A DNA stretch of 64,000 nucleotides from an uncultured Alphaproteobacteria bacterium (GTDB taxonomy: Bacteria > Pseudomonadota > Alphaproteobacteria > Rs-D84): assembly GCA_944389535.1 (NCBI GenBank), contig CALXMS010000001.1, forward strand, positions 214,178 through 278,177, in the 5' to 3' direction. A program made the position numbers and the translations under genes. Below, in pieces: positions 1-11,000 of the stretch. The notes below the pieces were generated by a model that ran no database searches, was not told the origin of the DNA, and worked only from the letters and a program-made list of their open reading frames with translations. Every line of letters begins with the position of its first letter. The first letter of the stretch is position 1.

Positions 1-1573
1 TACTTCTAACCTGTGAAGTTCCTGTTTTCCCGGCCATTCTGGCACCTTTTATATTTATTGCGCTGCCGGCAGCTGTACCACCAGGTTTTGTTACCTGTTC
101 TAGACCGCTCATTACAGATTTTATGTTTTTTTGTTGTAAACCAAGATTTGCAAATTGTGGTTTTTCGTCTGTTAAGATTAATCTTGGCATTACGACTTTG
201 TTAGAAACGGTTCTTGCCATCATTATGGCTAGCTGTAAACAATTAGTCAGGGTAAATCCTTGACCGATTCCAGAAATAATCGTATCACCATGAACCCACC
301 TATATCCGATCGCTTCTTCTTTCCAGTACCTGTCTGGAATTACACCAGCCATTTCACGCGACAATATTCCATCCATATATTTCTGAGTAAAACCAAGTTT
401 TATTGCCATATCTTTTATAGAATCTATACCTATCCGTAACGCTAATTGATAAAAATATATGTCGCAAGAATGTTTTAAAGCATCGGCCAACGTTACCCAT
501 CCATGACCTTCTGCTTCCCAGCAGTGGTATCGTCTATCACCATAGTCCCAATACCCAGGACAGAAAATTTTTTCATTAGCTGTTATAGCACCAGATTCTA
601 ATGCAGCTAAAGCAACAACGATTTTAAAAGTTGATCCGGGTGGATATAAACCTTCTATTGCTTTGTTCATAAAAGGCTTCATATAATCGTTACGTAGCGA
701 ATCTATATATTCTTCACCATCATCAGCACCAAACATATTAGGGTCAAAACTAGGAGCTGATACCATGGCAAGAATATCGCCCGTTTCTATATCAAGAGCG
801 ACGCCACAACCTGAACGATGCTGCATCAAAGCATCATACATTGCTTTTTGCGCTTCATAATGGATGGTTGTTTGAATGTTTTTGCCTGTAATAGCCTGGC
901 GAAACTGTGATTTATCTTCACCTGTAACTCTACCCACTGCATTTGCAATCATAACGGTTTGACCAAGCGTACCGGTTAATTCTTCGTTAAATCTTTTTTC
1001 TAGTCCTGTTATGCCGGTTGTCATAAACGGTGCGTTTGCAACAGGTTCACTTGGGGCACCGACATATCCAAAAATTTGTGCGCCAGCAGGTCCCATTTCA
1101 TATACACGTGTAAAACCGTTTCTGACGTGAAGCCCTGGTATATTCTTAGCCTGTAATTTTGCTAGTTCTTCCCAATTAGAATTTTCACTTATTAATACAG
1201 GTTGAAAATAAGCCTGCTTTTTTATTTGTTTATAAATTCTTTCTACACGTTTTTGTTTTAACTTTAATTCTTTGGCAACTGTAGAAATCGTAGCTTCTAA
1301 ATCTTTAGTTTCTTCTGGAATTATATATATTCTATAAGTTTGAGTGTCTCTAGATATTGGGGTACTAGACGAAGATAATATCTTTCCACGCTCTGGCATG
1401 TTTATCTGAATTCTGAATGAATTATTTTCGCTTTTTTTGGTATATTCACGATAATTAAATAACTGCATTTGTAACATACGTAAAATTAACGCAGAAGTTA
1501 AAACCGCACCAGCTGTTAAAAACAGTGCACTTCGTCTGTCAAAAAGGCGCGCAACTTCTTTATCTATCATCAT
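1..1573 (-). CDS. mrdA: Penicillin-binding protein 2 (3' end runs off the window)
   Basis: Not in the ORF track because it is truncated. Manual translation MMIDKEVARLFDRRSALFL... overlaps the mreD stop; contains YPPGSTFK (SxxK), SCD (SxN-position motif) and a transpeptidase layout; downstream of mreCD. Confidence 0.9.
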   Translation of the reverse strand, partial: MMIDKEVARLFDRRSALFLTAGAVLTSALILRMLQMQLFNYREYTKKSENNSFRIQINMPERGKILSSSSTPISRDTQTYRIYIIPEETKDLEATISTVAKELKLKQKRVERIYKQIKKQAYFQPVLISENSNWEELAKLQAKNIPGLHVRNGFTRVYEMGPAGAQIFGYVGAPSEPVANAPFMTTGITGLEKRFNEELTGTLGQTVMIANAVGRVTGEDKSQFRQAITGKNIQTTIHYEAQKAMYDALMQHRSGCGVALDIETGDILAMVSAPSFDPNMFGADDGEEYIDSLRNDYMKPFMNKAIEGLYPPGSTFKIVVALAALESGAITANEKIFCPGYWDYGDRRYHCWEAEGHGWVTLADALKHSCDIYFYQLALRIGIDSIKDMAIKLGFTQKYMDGILSREMAGVIPDRYWKEEAIGYRWVHGDTIISGIGQGFTLTNCLQLAIMMARTVSNKVVMPRLILTDEKPQFANLGLQQKNIKSVMSGLEQVTKPGGTAAGSAINIKGARMAGKTGTSQVRS

Positions 1574-2018
1574 ATACCTTCTTTATAAGAGCTGTGATCG
1601 GTATATATAGAGTTGAAACCCATGCGAACAACCATACGGCGCGCATAAGGTTAGCTAGGTTTAAATGAAACAAAGACAATATAAGCGTTGATAAACCAAA
1701 AAATATCATAAATTCGTTTAACGCGTTTCGATCGACTCTTGTAAGATCAAAAAAAGACTGAAAACCGTTTATCGCGTAAAATAAGCAATACATTATCGTC
1801 CAATAAAATAAAGTATCAAATCTGTAATCTATTAGAAAACAGAATAAAACAGCAATAGGAGAAAACCAAGGCACAGGTCTTACGAAAGAACAATAAAAAA
1901 TAGGAATAATCGCTAATATTCCCGCAGGATTCCAAAAAGGAATAGACAACCGCCATAACACAATAAGGACGATGAAAGGAAACGCATTACGTAAAAAAGT
2001 TATAAATTTATTTTCCAT
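1560..2018 (-). CDS. mreD: Rod shape-determining membrane protein MreD (divergent)
   Basis: 152 aa polytopic hydrophobic protein between mreC and mrdA. Confidence 0.7.
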   Translation of the reverse strand: MENKFITFLRNAFPFIVLIVLWRLSIPFWNPAGILAIIPIFYCSFVRPVPWFSPIAVLFCFLIDYRFDTLFYWTIMYCLFYAINGFQSFFDLTRVDRNALNEFMIFFGLSTLILSLFHLNLANLMRAVWLFAWVSTLYIPITALIKKVYDDR

Positions 2019-2839
2019 TATCTGTATTCATTTTGTGTATCAAATTGTAGCACTATTACGCGTGATAGTTTTTTGGGTTGTATAACTTTTACATCTGTTT
2101 CGTTTAACATTTCGCCGACAGGTACACCGTTTGGTAATACACCGCTTATGTTACTTGTTACCAACTTTATACCTTCTGATGATTGAAATTCAGGATCGCT
2201 GAAAAAACCCATGGTTGGTGTATCAGAACCATTTCCCTGAAGAAAACCATATACTTCTGAACCTGCTATACGAACGGCTATGTTTGAACTTGAATCGGTT
2301 AGCGATCGTACGCGTGAAAAATATGGGGCAACGTCGGTTACGGTTCCGACAAGCATTCCGTCCGTAGAAACGACAGCCATACCTTCTGCCAAACCATGTT
2401 TTACACCTTTGTTTATAAAAAACGTACTATGTTGAAATGCGGTATTATCGTATGTTACGTCGGCAATTATTGCTTTATTAGGTTGGTTTTCTACTATATC
2501 TAATTCACGAGATAACTTTTGGTTTTCCGCGATGGCAACTTCGCATATATTTTTATTTCGTAAGGCGTCGTCTAATCTTACGCGTAATTCTTCGTTTTCT
2601 GTGCGTAATTTAGATAATTCTCTTATGTTATCAACTGTTGAACCTACGACTCGTATCGGCCATGTTATGACGTCACCGACCCAATTTGCTACGGGTAAGA
2701 CAATATGAGCCAAACCATTCATGATGGCATAATCTGGTTTGGCAATCATTATGTATATAAATAATATAGGCAATACCGCTGCTGCGAATGCGGATTTAAT
2801 TATGGTACGTAATCTAGAAGATATTTTATTCTGGTTCAT
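2018..2839 (-). CDS. mreC: Rod shape-determining protein MreC
   Basis: TM + coiled coil (LRTENEELR), INKGxxHGL, SRVRSLTD, GVLPNGVPVG motifs. Confidence 0.92.
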   Translation of the reverse strand: MNQNKISSRLRTIIKSAFAAAVLPILFIYIMIAKPDYAIMNGLAHIVLPVANWVGDVITWPIRVVGSTVDNIRELSKLRTENEELRVRLDDALRNKNICEVAIAENQKLSRELDIVENQPNKAIIADVTYDNTAFQHSTFFINKGVKHGLAEGMAVVSTDGMLVGTVTDVAPYFSRVRSLTDSSSNIAVRIAGSEVYGFLQGNGSDTPTMGFFSDPEFQSSEGIKLVTSNISGVLPNGVPVGEMLNETDVKVIQPKKLSRVIVLQFDTQNEYR

Positions 2840-2978
2840 CGGGCATAAGTGTAAACGCTAAAAAGCAGATATTCAATAAAAACTTGATTTTTCATTTAAA
2901 TATGCCAAAATAAAGCCCGTATTAGGTAAACCGAAATGGCAAAGGCATTGCCATAAGGGGAATAGAAAGAGGTGAAAA

Positions 2979-3182
2979 ATGCCAAAATTAAAAACGAAGT
3001 CGTACTTGAAAAAGCGCGCATCTATGACTGCGACCGGTAAAATCCGTGTTGCCAGAAATGCCCACAAGAAGTTATTGCGTAATAAATCTAAGCGTGCAAA
3101 TAACGCTGGGTCAAAACCGCAGTATTTAAACGATAACATGGCAGGTCAGGCAAAAATCTTGGCCCCATATGGATTGAAATAA
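2979..3182 (+). CDS. rpmI: 50S ribosomal protein L35
   Basis: MPKLKTKS...KKR...TATGKI; SD GAGG; precedes rplT. Confidence 0.95.
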   Translation: MPKLKTKSYLKKRASMTATGKIRVARNAHKKLLRNKSKRANNAGSKPQYLNDNMAGQAKILAPYGLK

Positions 3183-3198
3183 GTAAGGGGGTAGATTT

Positions 3199-3567
3199 AT
3201 GGCAAGAGTTAAACGCGGAACAACCGTAAAACAAAAGCATAATAAGATTCTGGCCCGTGCCAAAGGGTATTTAGGGCGTCATAGCACAACATATCGTGCA
3301 GCACGTGAAAAAACGGAAAAAGCAGGACAATATGCATATCGTGATCGTCGCGTTAAAAAACGTGAATTTCGTGGTTTGTGGATTGTTCGTATAAACGCTG
3401 CGGTGCGTAATAATGGTATGACATACAGCCAATTTATGAACGGTCTAAAAAAGGCCGGGGTTGCATTAGACAGAAAAGTATTGGCGGAAATGGCCTATGC
3501 TGGTGATGCAAATTTTGCTAAATTGGTAGAAACTGCAAAACGATTTACTTCTGCTGATGCTAAATAA
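3199..3567 (+). CDS. rplT: 50S ribosomal protein L20
   Basis: [30 protein letters not shown]. Confidence 0.98.
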   Translation: MARVKRGTTVKQKHNKILARAKGYLGRHSTTYRAAREKTEKAGQYAYRDRRVKKREFRGLWIVRINAAVRNNGMTYSQFMNGLKKAGVALDRKVLAEMAYAGDANFAKLVETAKRFTSADAK

Positions 3568-3599
3568 GCCTTGGCGGTAGGTGATTTATTTTGTATTAT

Positions 3600-3628
3600 A
3601 AAGCCGTCGTATGACGGCTTTTTGTTTT
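3600..3628 (+). terminator. Intrinsic terminator between rplT and pheS
   Basis: AAAGCCGTC-GTAT-GACGGCTTT then TTGTTTT. Confidence 0.8.
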
Positions 3629-3645
3629 AATTTAAGGTAAAAGTT

Positions 3646-4593
3646 ATGCAAGAACAAATTAAAAATGTTAATACTTTGGAAGATTTGCAGGCACTATATA
3701 CTGCGACGTTCGGAAAAAACGGTTCAATGACGCTGCGATTAAAAGAAATGAAAAATCTTGATAACGATGCGCGTGCCGAATTAAATCGTGAAAATACAGA
3801 ATTGCGCGAATTGTTTAAGCTTCGACAGATAGAGTTAGAAAATGCAGCTATGATGGCTGGTTTACAGAAACAGAAACTTGACGTTTCTTTGAACCCAGAA
3901 CCAGAAAATAAAGGAACGTTGCATCCTGTTACTCAGGCTTTGACGGATATTTCTTCTATTTTAGAATCGTTTGGTTATGAAATGTGGACTGGGCCAGAGG
4001 TTGAAGATGATTGGCATAATTTTACTGCTTTGAATACACCAGAATATCATCCGGCAAGAGATATGCAAGATACATTCTTTTTAGAAAACGGGAATGTAAT
4101 GCGTACTCAAACATCTGCAATACAGATTCGAAGCATGGAAAAACACGGTGCTCCAATAAAAATGTTTGGTATCGGTGCAACTTATCGTAAAGAAATGGAT
4201 GCAACGCATGGACCTATGTTCCATCAGATAGAAGGTTTATATGTAGACAAAAATATTACTATGACAGACTTGATAGGTGACGTTAAAGAATTTTTAAAAC
4301 GCTTTTTTGAAATGGATGAATTAGAATTGCGCATCCGTCCGTCATATTTCCCGTTTACAGAACCAAGTATTGAAATTGATATGAAATGGCATGGTAATAA
4401 GTGGTTGGAGTTAATGGGTGCAGGTATGGTTCATCCGAATGTTTTGCGTAACTGCGGTATAAACCCAGATGAATATCAGGGGTTTGCGTTCGGTTTTGGT
4501 TGGGACAGACTAGCAATGTTAAAATACGGTTTAAATGATTTACGTAAAATGTTTGATGGTGACATTCGTTGGTTAAAAAACACGGGTTTCTAA
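3646..4593 (+). CDS. pheS: Phenylalanyl-tRNA synthetase alpha subunit
   Basis: HPARDMQDTF, FHQIEG, YFPFTEPS, GFAFGFG. Confidence 0.98.
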   Translation: MQEQIKNVNTLEDLQALYTATFGKNGSMTLRLKEMKNLDNDARAELNRENTELRELFKLRQIELENAAMMAGLQKQKLDVSLNPEPENKGTLHPVTQALTDISSILESFGYEMWTGPEVEDDWHNFTALNTPEYHPARDMQDTFFLENGNVMRTQTSAIQIRSMEKHGAPIKMFGIGATYRKEMDATHGPMFHQIEGLYVDKNITMTDLIGDVKEFLKRFFEMDELELRIRPSYFPFTEPSIEIDMKWHGNKWLELMGAGMVHPNVLRNCGINPDEYQGFAFGFGWDRLAMLKYGLNDLRKMFDGDIRWLKNTGF

Positions 4594-4608
4594 TCACAGG
4601 GGTTTAAA

Positions 4609-6912
4609 ATGAAATGGACGTATGATTGGTTAAAAGATTATTTAAAAACTGAAGAATCGGCAAAACAAATAGCTGATACTTTGACACGTACTGGATTAGA
4701 AGTAGAAGATTTAATTATACCTATTTCTCCAATTGCTGCAAAGATAGTGGAATGTCAACCTATGGAAAATAGTGATCATTTACATGTTTTAAAAGTTGAT
4801 GATGGCAGCGGTACTTTGCGTCAGGTTGTTTGTGGGGCGCCAAATGTACGCGTTGGGTTAATATCTGCACTTGCTATACCGGGTTGCATAATAGAAGGTC
4901 ACGAAATAAAAAGTGGTAAATTGCGCGGTGTTTTATCTGATGGAATGATGTGCAGTGGTCGTGAACTTGGTATAAACGACGATCATAGCGGTATAATTGA
5001 ATTGCCTGCTGATACGAAAATAGGGTCAGGTGTTTTACAAACAGAAACGGTTTTTGATGCTGGTATTACACCAAATCGTCCAGATTATTTGGCCGTGCGC
5101 GGAATAGCACGTGATTTATCTGCATGCGGTCTTGGTGAGTACAGGGTTCCCGAAGATAACCAATTAAAACCGGTGTCTGGTTCTAGACAAGTAAACATAA
5201 AAACAGACAAATGCCCTGTATATCAATTTTGTGAAATTCATGATATAAATGTTACGCAAAGTTCTAAAAAAGTGAAATCACGTTTAGCGGCAATCGGCAT
5301 CAATCCAAAGAACGCACCTGTTGATACGACAAATTATATTTGTTATGACATGGGGCAACCAATGCATTGTTTTGATGCAGATGAAATCAAAGGTAATATA
5401 ACCGTTAGAATGGCATCTGATGGTGAAGAATTTACAGATTTATTTGGTAACAAGCATACATTAAAAGAAATAGATATGGTAATTGCTGATGATGCCGGTA
5501 TATTGGCCTTAGCCGGTGTTGTTGGTGGTGCGCGCGGTATGACGACAGAAAATACCAAAAATATTATTTTGGAAAGCGCGTATTTTAATCCGGTATCCGT
5601 TCGCAAAACGTCTAAACGTTTGGGTATATCGACTGATTCTTCATATAGATATGAACGTGGAATTGACCCAACGATAACTGGTTCTGCATTGGCTAATGCA
5701 GCAAGAATGATAATGGATGTGTGCGGTGGTAAAATAGTAGGAACAGGAATCGGTGGAAAAATACCGACGGAAGAAAGAAAAATAGAATATTCTCCGGATC
5801 TATTTTTACAGAAAACAGGAATAGAGATATCGGCGGATGTTCAACGTGAAATTCTTAAGAAGCTAGGTTTTAAAATCGTTGAACGTAATGGTAAATGGAT
5901 TGTAACGCCTACGCCTGCACGAGTTAACATTGAAATTCCAGAAAATATTGTATCTGAGTTAATTCGTATATATGGATATGATAATATTGCTAAGGCAGCA
6001 ATACATAAACCTACAGATTCTGCACCGCATCGTGATTTTTATATGAGTGTTAAACAGGAATTGGCGGCGCGTGGTTTAAATGAAACAAAAGCCTATGGTT
6101 TCGGCGATTCAAAAATTGAAGAGTTAATATCTGATAAGCAGATAATAAAGATTGCAAATCCTATTATAAATAATATGGATACCGCCAGAAACTGTTTATT
6201 AGAAACAATGTTGGGCTTTATCGCAGAAAACGAGAAACGTGGTTTCCCTGATTTGAATATGTTTGAACTGGGGACGGTATTTGATGGCGATAACCCTGGG
6301 CAACAACATACTCAGATTTGTATAGTTAGAACAGGCAATATGTCACCAAAACATTGGCAACATAGAAACAGATCAACGGATATTTATGATGTAAAAGCAG
6401 ATTTGATTTCTCTTATGCATGGGCAGAAGTTTACTATATCTACGGAAAATCCGCCTCGTTGGGCGCATCCGTTTAGATATGGTGCTATAATGCAAGGGAA
6501 AAAGAAAATTGCTGAGTTTGCAGAACTTCATCCTTCAATTGCGTATAAGTTAAAAATAAAAACTAACGTAAACATAGCAATCATAGATGACGTTGAAAAT
6601 TTACCAACGTCTAGAAAAGTAAAGGAACCAAACTTAAGCGATTTTCAACCGATTACTCGCGATTTTGCATTTATTGTTGATGTAAATGCAGCCGCAGAAA
6701 AATTGGTAAATACTGCTTTTGCGACGGATTCTCGTATAACAGACGTTGTTGTATTTGATGCTTTTGACATGGGTGACGGCAAAAAATCTATTGCTTTCAC
6801 AATAACAATAACGCCAACAGAAAATATGTCAGATGATGATTTGCAAAAATTGCAAAGTGCTGTAATAGCAAATGTTGAAAAGAAATGTGACGCAGAAATT
6901 CGCGATAGATAA
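4609..6912 (+). CDS. pheT: Phenylalanyl-tRNA synthetase beta subunit
   Basis: VVCGAPN, TPNRPD, YERGID, RDFAFIV. Confidence 0.98.
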   Translation: MKWTYDWLKDYLKTEESAKQIADTLTRTGLEVEDLIIPISPIAAKIVECQPMENSDHLHVLKVDDGSGTLRQVVCGAPNVRVGLISALAIPGCIIEGHEIKSGKLRGVLSDGMMCSGRELGINDDHSGIIELPADTKIGSGVLQTETVFDAGITPNRPDYLAVRGIARDLSACGLGEYRVPEDNQLKPVSGSRQVNIKTDKCPVYQFCEIHDINVTQSSKKVKSRLAAIGINPKNAPVDTTNYICYDMGQPMHCFDADEIKGNITVRMASDGEEFTDLFGNKHTLKEIDMVIADDAGILALAGVVGGARGMTTENTKNIILESAYFNPVSVRKTSKRLGISTDSSYRYERGIDPTITGSALANAARMIMDVCGGKIVGTGIGGKIPTEERKIEYSPDLFLQKTGIEISADVQREILKKLGFKIVERNGKWIVTPTPARVNIEIPENIVSELIRIYGYDNIAKAAIHKPTDSAPHRDFYMSVKQELAARGLNETKAYGFGDSKIEELISDKQIIKIANPIINNMDTARNCLLETMLGFIAENEKRGFPDLNMFELGTVFDGDNPGQQHTQICIVRTGNMSPKHWQHRNRSTDIYDVKADLISLMHGQKFTISTENPPRWAHPFRYGAIMQGKKKIAEFAELHPSIAYKLKIKTNVNIAIIDDVENLPTSRKVKEPNLSDFQPITRDFAFIVDVNAAAEKLVNTAFATDSRITDVVVFDAFDMGDGKKSIAFTITITPTENMSDDDLQKLQSAVIANVEKKCDAEIRDR

Positions 6913-6940
6913 AAAAAGCCGGTAAATACCGGCTTTTTTT
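6911..6940. terminator. Bidirectional terminator pheT/nth
   Basis: A7-GCCGGT-AAAT-ACCGGC-T tract between convergent genes. Confidence 0.85.
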
Positions 6941-7603
6941 TTATGTAGTTCTATCTGATGCATTACACCATTTTGCCACAGGACACTCTTTGCATTTTGG
7001 GTGTAATGCCTTGCATATATATCTTCCGTGAAGAACCATAACGTGATTTACAATCGGATGATATTTTTTCGGGATAATTTTTAATAATTGCTCTTCGACT
7101 TTTTCTGGTGTATTTGCATCTGTACCGACCCAACCATAACGATGGGAATTTCGAAATACGTGAGTATCAACACCGATATTCGGCGCATTCCATAATACGT
7201 TCATAATAACGTTTGCTGTTTTTTGCCCTATTCCTGGTAACTTCATCAATGCGTCACGATTGTGGTATTTTTTCGGAAATTTATAATGTTCGTCTTTACC
7301 GTTTTTATCATCCATTAATGCAGCAGAAAGTCCGATAATACTTTTTGCTTTGTTATTAAAAAAAGATAAAACCCGAATATATTTTTTTAACCCATCTTCA
7401 CCAAGAGCCAACATTTTTGCCGGTGATGGTGCCACGCGAAATAATGCTGGTGTAACCTCATTTACTTTTTTGTCTGTTGCTTGGGCAGATAAAATTACCG
7501 CCACGGCAAAAGTAAACTCGTTTGTATGGTAAAGCTCACTGCGTATCGTCATGTCGATTACGCTTGGAACGTGTTTAAAATAAATTTCTGGTGTTAAAGC
7601 CAT
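6941..7603 (-). CDS. nth: Endonuclease III
   Basis: LSAQATD, HhH LPGIGQKTA, VDTHV, C-x6-C-x2-C-x5-C Fe-S cluster. Confidence 0.96.
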   Translation of the reverse strand: MALTPEIYFKHVPSVIDMTIRSELYHTNEFTFAVAVILSAQATDKKVNEVTPALFRVAPSPAKMLALGEDGLKKYIRVLSFFNNKAKSIIGLSAALMDDKNGKDEHYKFPKKYHNRDALMKLPGIGQKTANVIMNVLWNAPNIGVDTHVFRNSHRYGWVGTDANTPEKVEEQLLKIIPKKYHPIVNHVMVLHGRYICKALHPKCKECPVAKWCNASDRTT

Positions 7604-7605
7604 TT

Positions 7606-7983
7606 TTATTCAGCAAAATTGAAGTTTTCTAAACGAGATTCGCATAACTTCTGGCAGTCTGAATTGCAAATGTTTTTGACTTCTTCTTCCGAATCACCGT
7701 ACATTTCAACAGTATCTACCCATAGGTTTTTATGTTCTGCATTTGATGCAAAGCACAAACATCTGGTTGTATATTTTTCAGACTTAGTTTGTTCGTCTTT
7801 TATTACTTCATCGCCAATACGTTCATAGTTTGCAGAAAAACTTTTTTCTACGCCGATACCCGTACATTGAGAAGTGATTTTTATTTTATGGTCGTTTGTA
7901 TCTAATGTGCCGATATAAAATCCCGCAAAGAATATAACAGCAGCACATACAACCCAGACACATAAGATTAAAAGTTTACGCAT
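7606..7983 (-). CDS. Hypothetical membrane-anchored Cys-rich protein
   Basis: N-terminal hydrophobic helix, strong SD (AAAGGAG), sits in operon between ileS and nth. Confidence 0.7.
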   Translation of the reverse strand: MRKLLILCVWVVCAAVIFFAGFYIGTLDTNDHKIKITSQCTGIGVEKSFSANYERIGDEVIKDEQTKSEKYTTRCLCFASNAEHKNLWVDTVEMYGDSEEEVKNICNSDCQKLCESRLENFNFAE

Positions 7984-8010
7984 AAGTTATCTCCTTTTCT
8001 TACCTTTTTC

Positions 8011-11000
8011 TTAGGCTTTTGTAATAGATATGGATAAATTATATCCTTCTATTTCTGTATTATACTCACCAGACGTATTTTGCGACATATTTTTTATTAA
8101 GGCTTCGCTCATAATACGTTCTTTGTGTTGCTCAATCGCATTTGCAAGCGCAGGATCTGCGCTGTATTCCATATTTATGCGATCAGAAACGTCCAGCCCC
8201 ATCGTCTTACGCGTGTCTTGGATGAAACGTAGAGCATCGTTTGCCAAACCTTCCGCAACCAGTTCGGAATTTATTTCCGTATCCAACACAACAACAGCAG
8301 TGTTGTCTGGTAGTGCAGTACCAGTGACACCGTCTTTTACAGTTAAACGCTTTTCAAATTCATCGCTATTTAAAGAATAAGAACCAACGTTTAATTTGCC
8401 ATCAGAGATTTCATATTTTCCCTGTTTAACAGCAGGTATGATTTCTTTTAATGCGCCACCTAATCTTGCACCGATTTTTGGTGTGATTAGATATACAAAA
8501 GAATCGGCAACTGCGGAAATATCATCTGTGAATTCTACGTGTTTTACATTTAATTCGTCACGAATTATGTTTGCATAATTTTCCAGATTTGCACCGGCAA
8601 CAGTAAGCTTTGCCAAAGGTAAACGATTGCGCAATTTATATTGTTCACGCAACTGTTTGCCAACAGATACAACAGATTGAACGCGGCGCATATCTTCTAC
8701 AATTTTATGGTCGTATTCTGTTTTGTCCGGGAAAGATTGTAGGTGTACACTTTCTGAACCTGTTAGATTTCTGTAGATATAGTCGCTAATAAACGGAGCA
8801 AATGGCGCCAATGCACGACATACCGTGGTCAGAACATAATACAGTGTATCAAATGCATCTTGATCTTCATCCCAGAACCGTTCACGACTGCGACGAATGT
8901 ACCAGTTGTTTAATACATCTAAGAATCTGATAAATTCTTTGATTGCAACATCTGGTTTGTATTCGTCCAATGCATTTCCAACAACAGAAACCAATTCACT
9001 TAATTCCGCAATGATGTATTTGTCTAATGCGCTTTCAGAAACTGCATTATCACGTGCAGTAATATTTCCTGCATTTGCATACAAAGTAAAGAAATGGTAC
9101 GCGTTCCACAAAGGCGTTAGAATCGTCTTTGTTGGTTCGGCAAAAACTTTACCTTCTTTATCAACAGGAACAGGTTCTGCCTTTAAAAAGTTAGAACCTT
9201 GGATGAACAAGCGAATTGCATCCGCACCGAATTGTTCAATCTGTTCTTCTGGATTAACAAAGTTCTTTAATGATTTAGAGAATTTCTTTTTATTTTCATC
9301 AACTACCATACCATTTGCAGACACGGCCTTGAAGGCAGGTTTATCAAACAAAGCAGTTGCTAAAACCATCAGTGAATAGAACCAACCGCGAGTCTGGTCT
9401 TGCCCTTCGATAATATAATCTGCAGGGAAAGTCGCTTTAAATTTATCCTGATTTTCAAACGGATAGTGTAAAGAAGCCCAAGGCATAGAACCTGATTCGA
9501 CCCAGCAGTCCAAAACGTCTGTAATACGTTTCCAACCGTCTTTTGTTAATTTATCCAAAGTCGGTCTATGCAGGTCTTCAACCTTTACCCCAAAGAAATC
9601 TTCCAGTTCTTTGATAGAACCGAATACTTTATATTCACCGTCTTTTTCCCATATTGGTAACGGTGTTCCCCAAAAACGATTTCTGGAAATAGACCATGGG
9701 CGTGCACCCTCTATCCAAGTACGGAAACGTTCGCCAGCAGATGTCCAATTTACTTTTTTATTATTGGCAATCAACATGTCGCGAATTTTTGGCACGTCAA
9801 TATACCAAGAATCCGTTGCACGATAGATTAACTTTTCTTTACTACGGTCACTATATGGATAACTATGCTTATATTGTTCTTTTTTTACCAAATGACCGTT
9901 ATCACGCAGATATTGAATAATTTTTGGGTTTGCTTCAAAAATATTTTCACCGGCCCAATCTTTTACTTCTTCTGTGAAATTACCATAATTATCAACGTTT
10001 AAAATAACCGGAAATTTTGGGTCTATATCTTTTGCTGCCCAAAAGTCATCAGCACCATATGCGGGCGCAATATGAACGATACCAGTACCGTCTTCGTCAG
10101 AAACATATTCTGCCGGTATTACTTGGTACAATAAATCAGATGTATTTTCATAATAATTAAATAAAGGCTTGTAGTGTAAACCCACTAAATCCTTACCGAC
10201 TACGTCACCGATTTTTTCAGCATTTGCAAATTGTTTTTCATAAGCTTTTAATCTAGATTCAGCGATGACATAAACTGCCCCATCACTATCTTTCATGCGC
10301 AAGTATTTCATATTTGGATTAACTGCCAACGCACTGTTTGCAGGCAACGTCCAAGGCGTTGTTGTCCACGCCAGAACACGGTCACCATTTTCTAGTTCAA
10401 ACCAAACTGTAACGGCATCGTCAACAACATCACGGTAATCTTGAGAGGCTTCTGAATTAGAAACAACAGTACCATTTACCCAGTCAAAAGGGTTTACACT
10501 ATAATCTTTATATAATAAGCCTTTTTCGTATAAAGATTTCAGCGTCCACAACATAGATTCCATGTAATTTTTATCCATGGTTTTGTAGCCATAACCTTCA
10601 CCAACATCAACCCAACGCCCCATACGTTCAATGAATTTTTCCCATTCTTTCGTATATGTCAAAACGTCTGTACGGCACATATCACAGAATGCATCAATAC
10701 CCTGCTCGGCCACGATATCTTTTGCTTGTTTACCCTGCTTTTTTTCAACCGAATTTTCAGCGGGCAGTCCATGGCAATCCCAACCAAGTTCACGCACAAC
10801 ATGTTTACCACGCATAGTCTGATAACGTCCAACCATATCTTTAATGGCAGAAACCCCCAAGTGCCCCCAATGTGGCAAACCGTTACCAAAAGGCGGACCA
10901 TCATAGAAAGAAAAAGGATGACCTAGTTTGGTTTTATTCAAAGATTTGTGAAAAGTATCGTCTTTACGCCAGAATTCTAGAACCTGATGTTCCAATTCTG

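Noticed and set aside
2920-2955. c-di-GMP-I riboswitch-like words GGTAAACC/GAAA/GCAAA
   Set aside because: Too short, no second stem, and context (ribosomal protein leader) does not fit
3581-3640. pheM-like leaders GTG-IYFVL and MTAFCFNLR
   Set aside because: Only 1-2 Phe codons; the latter starts inside the terminator and its Phe codons are the U tract
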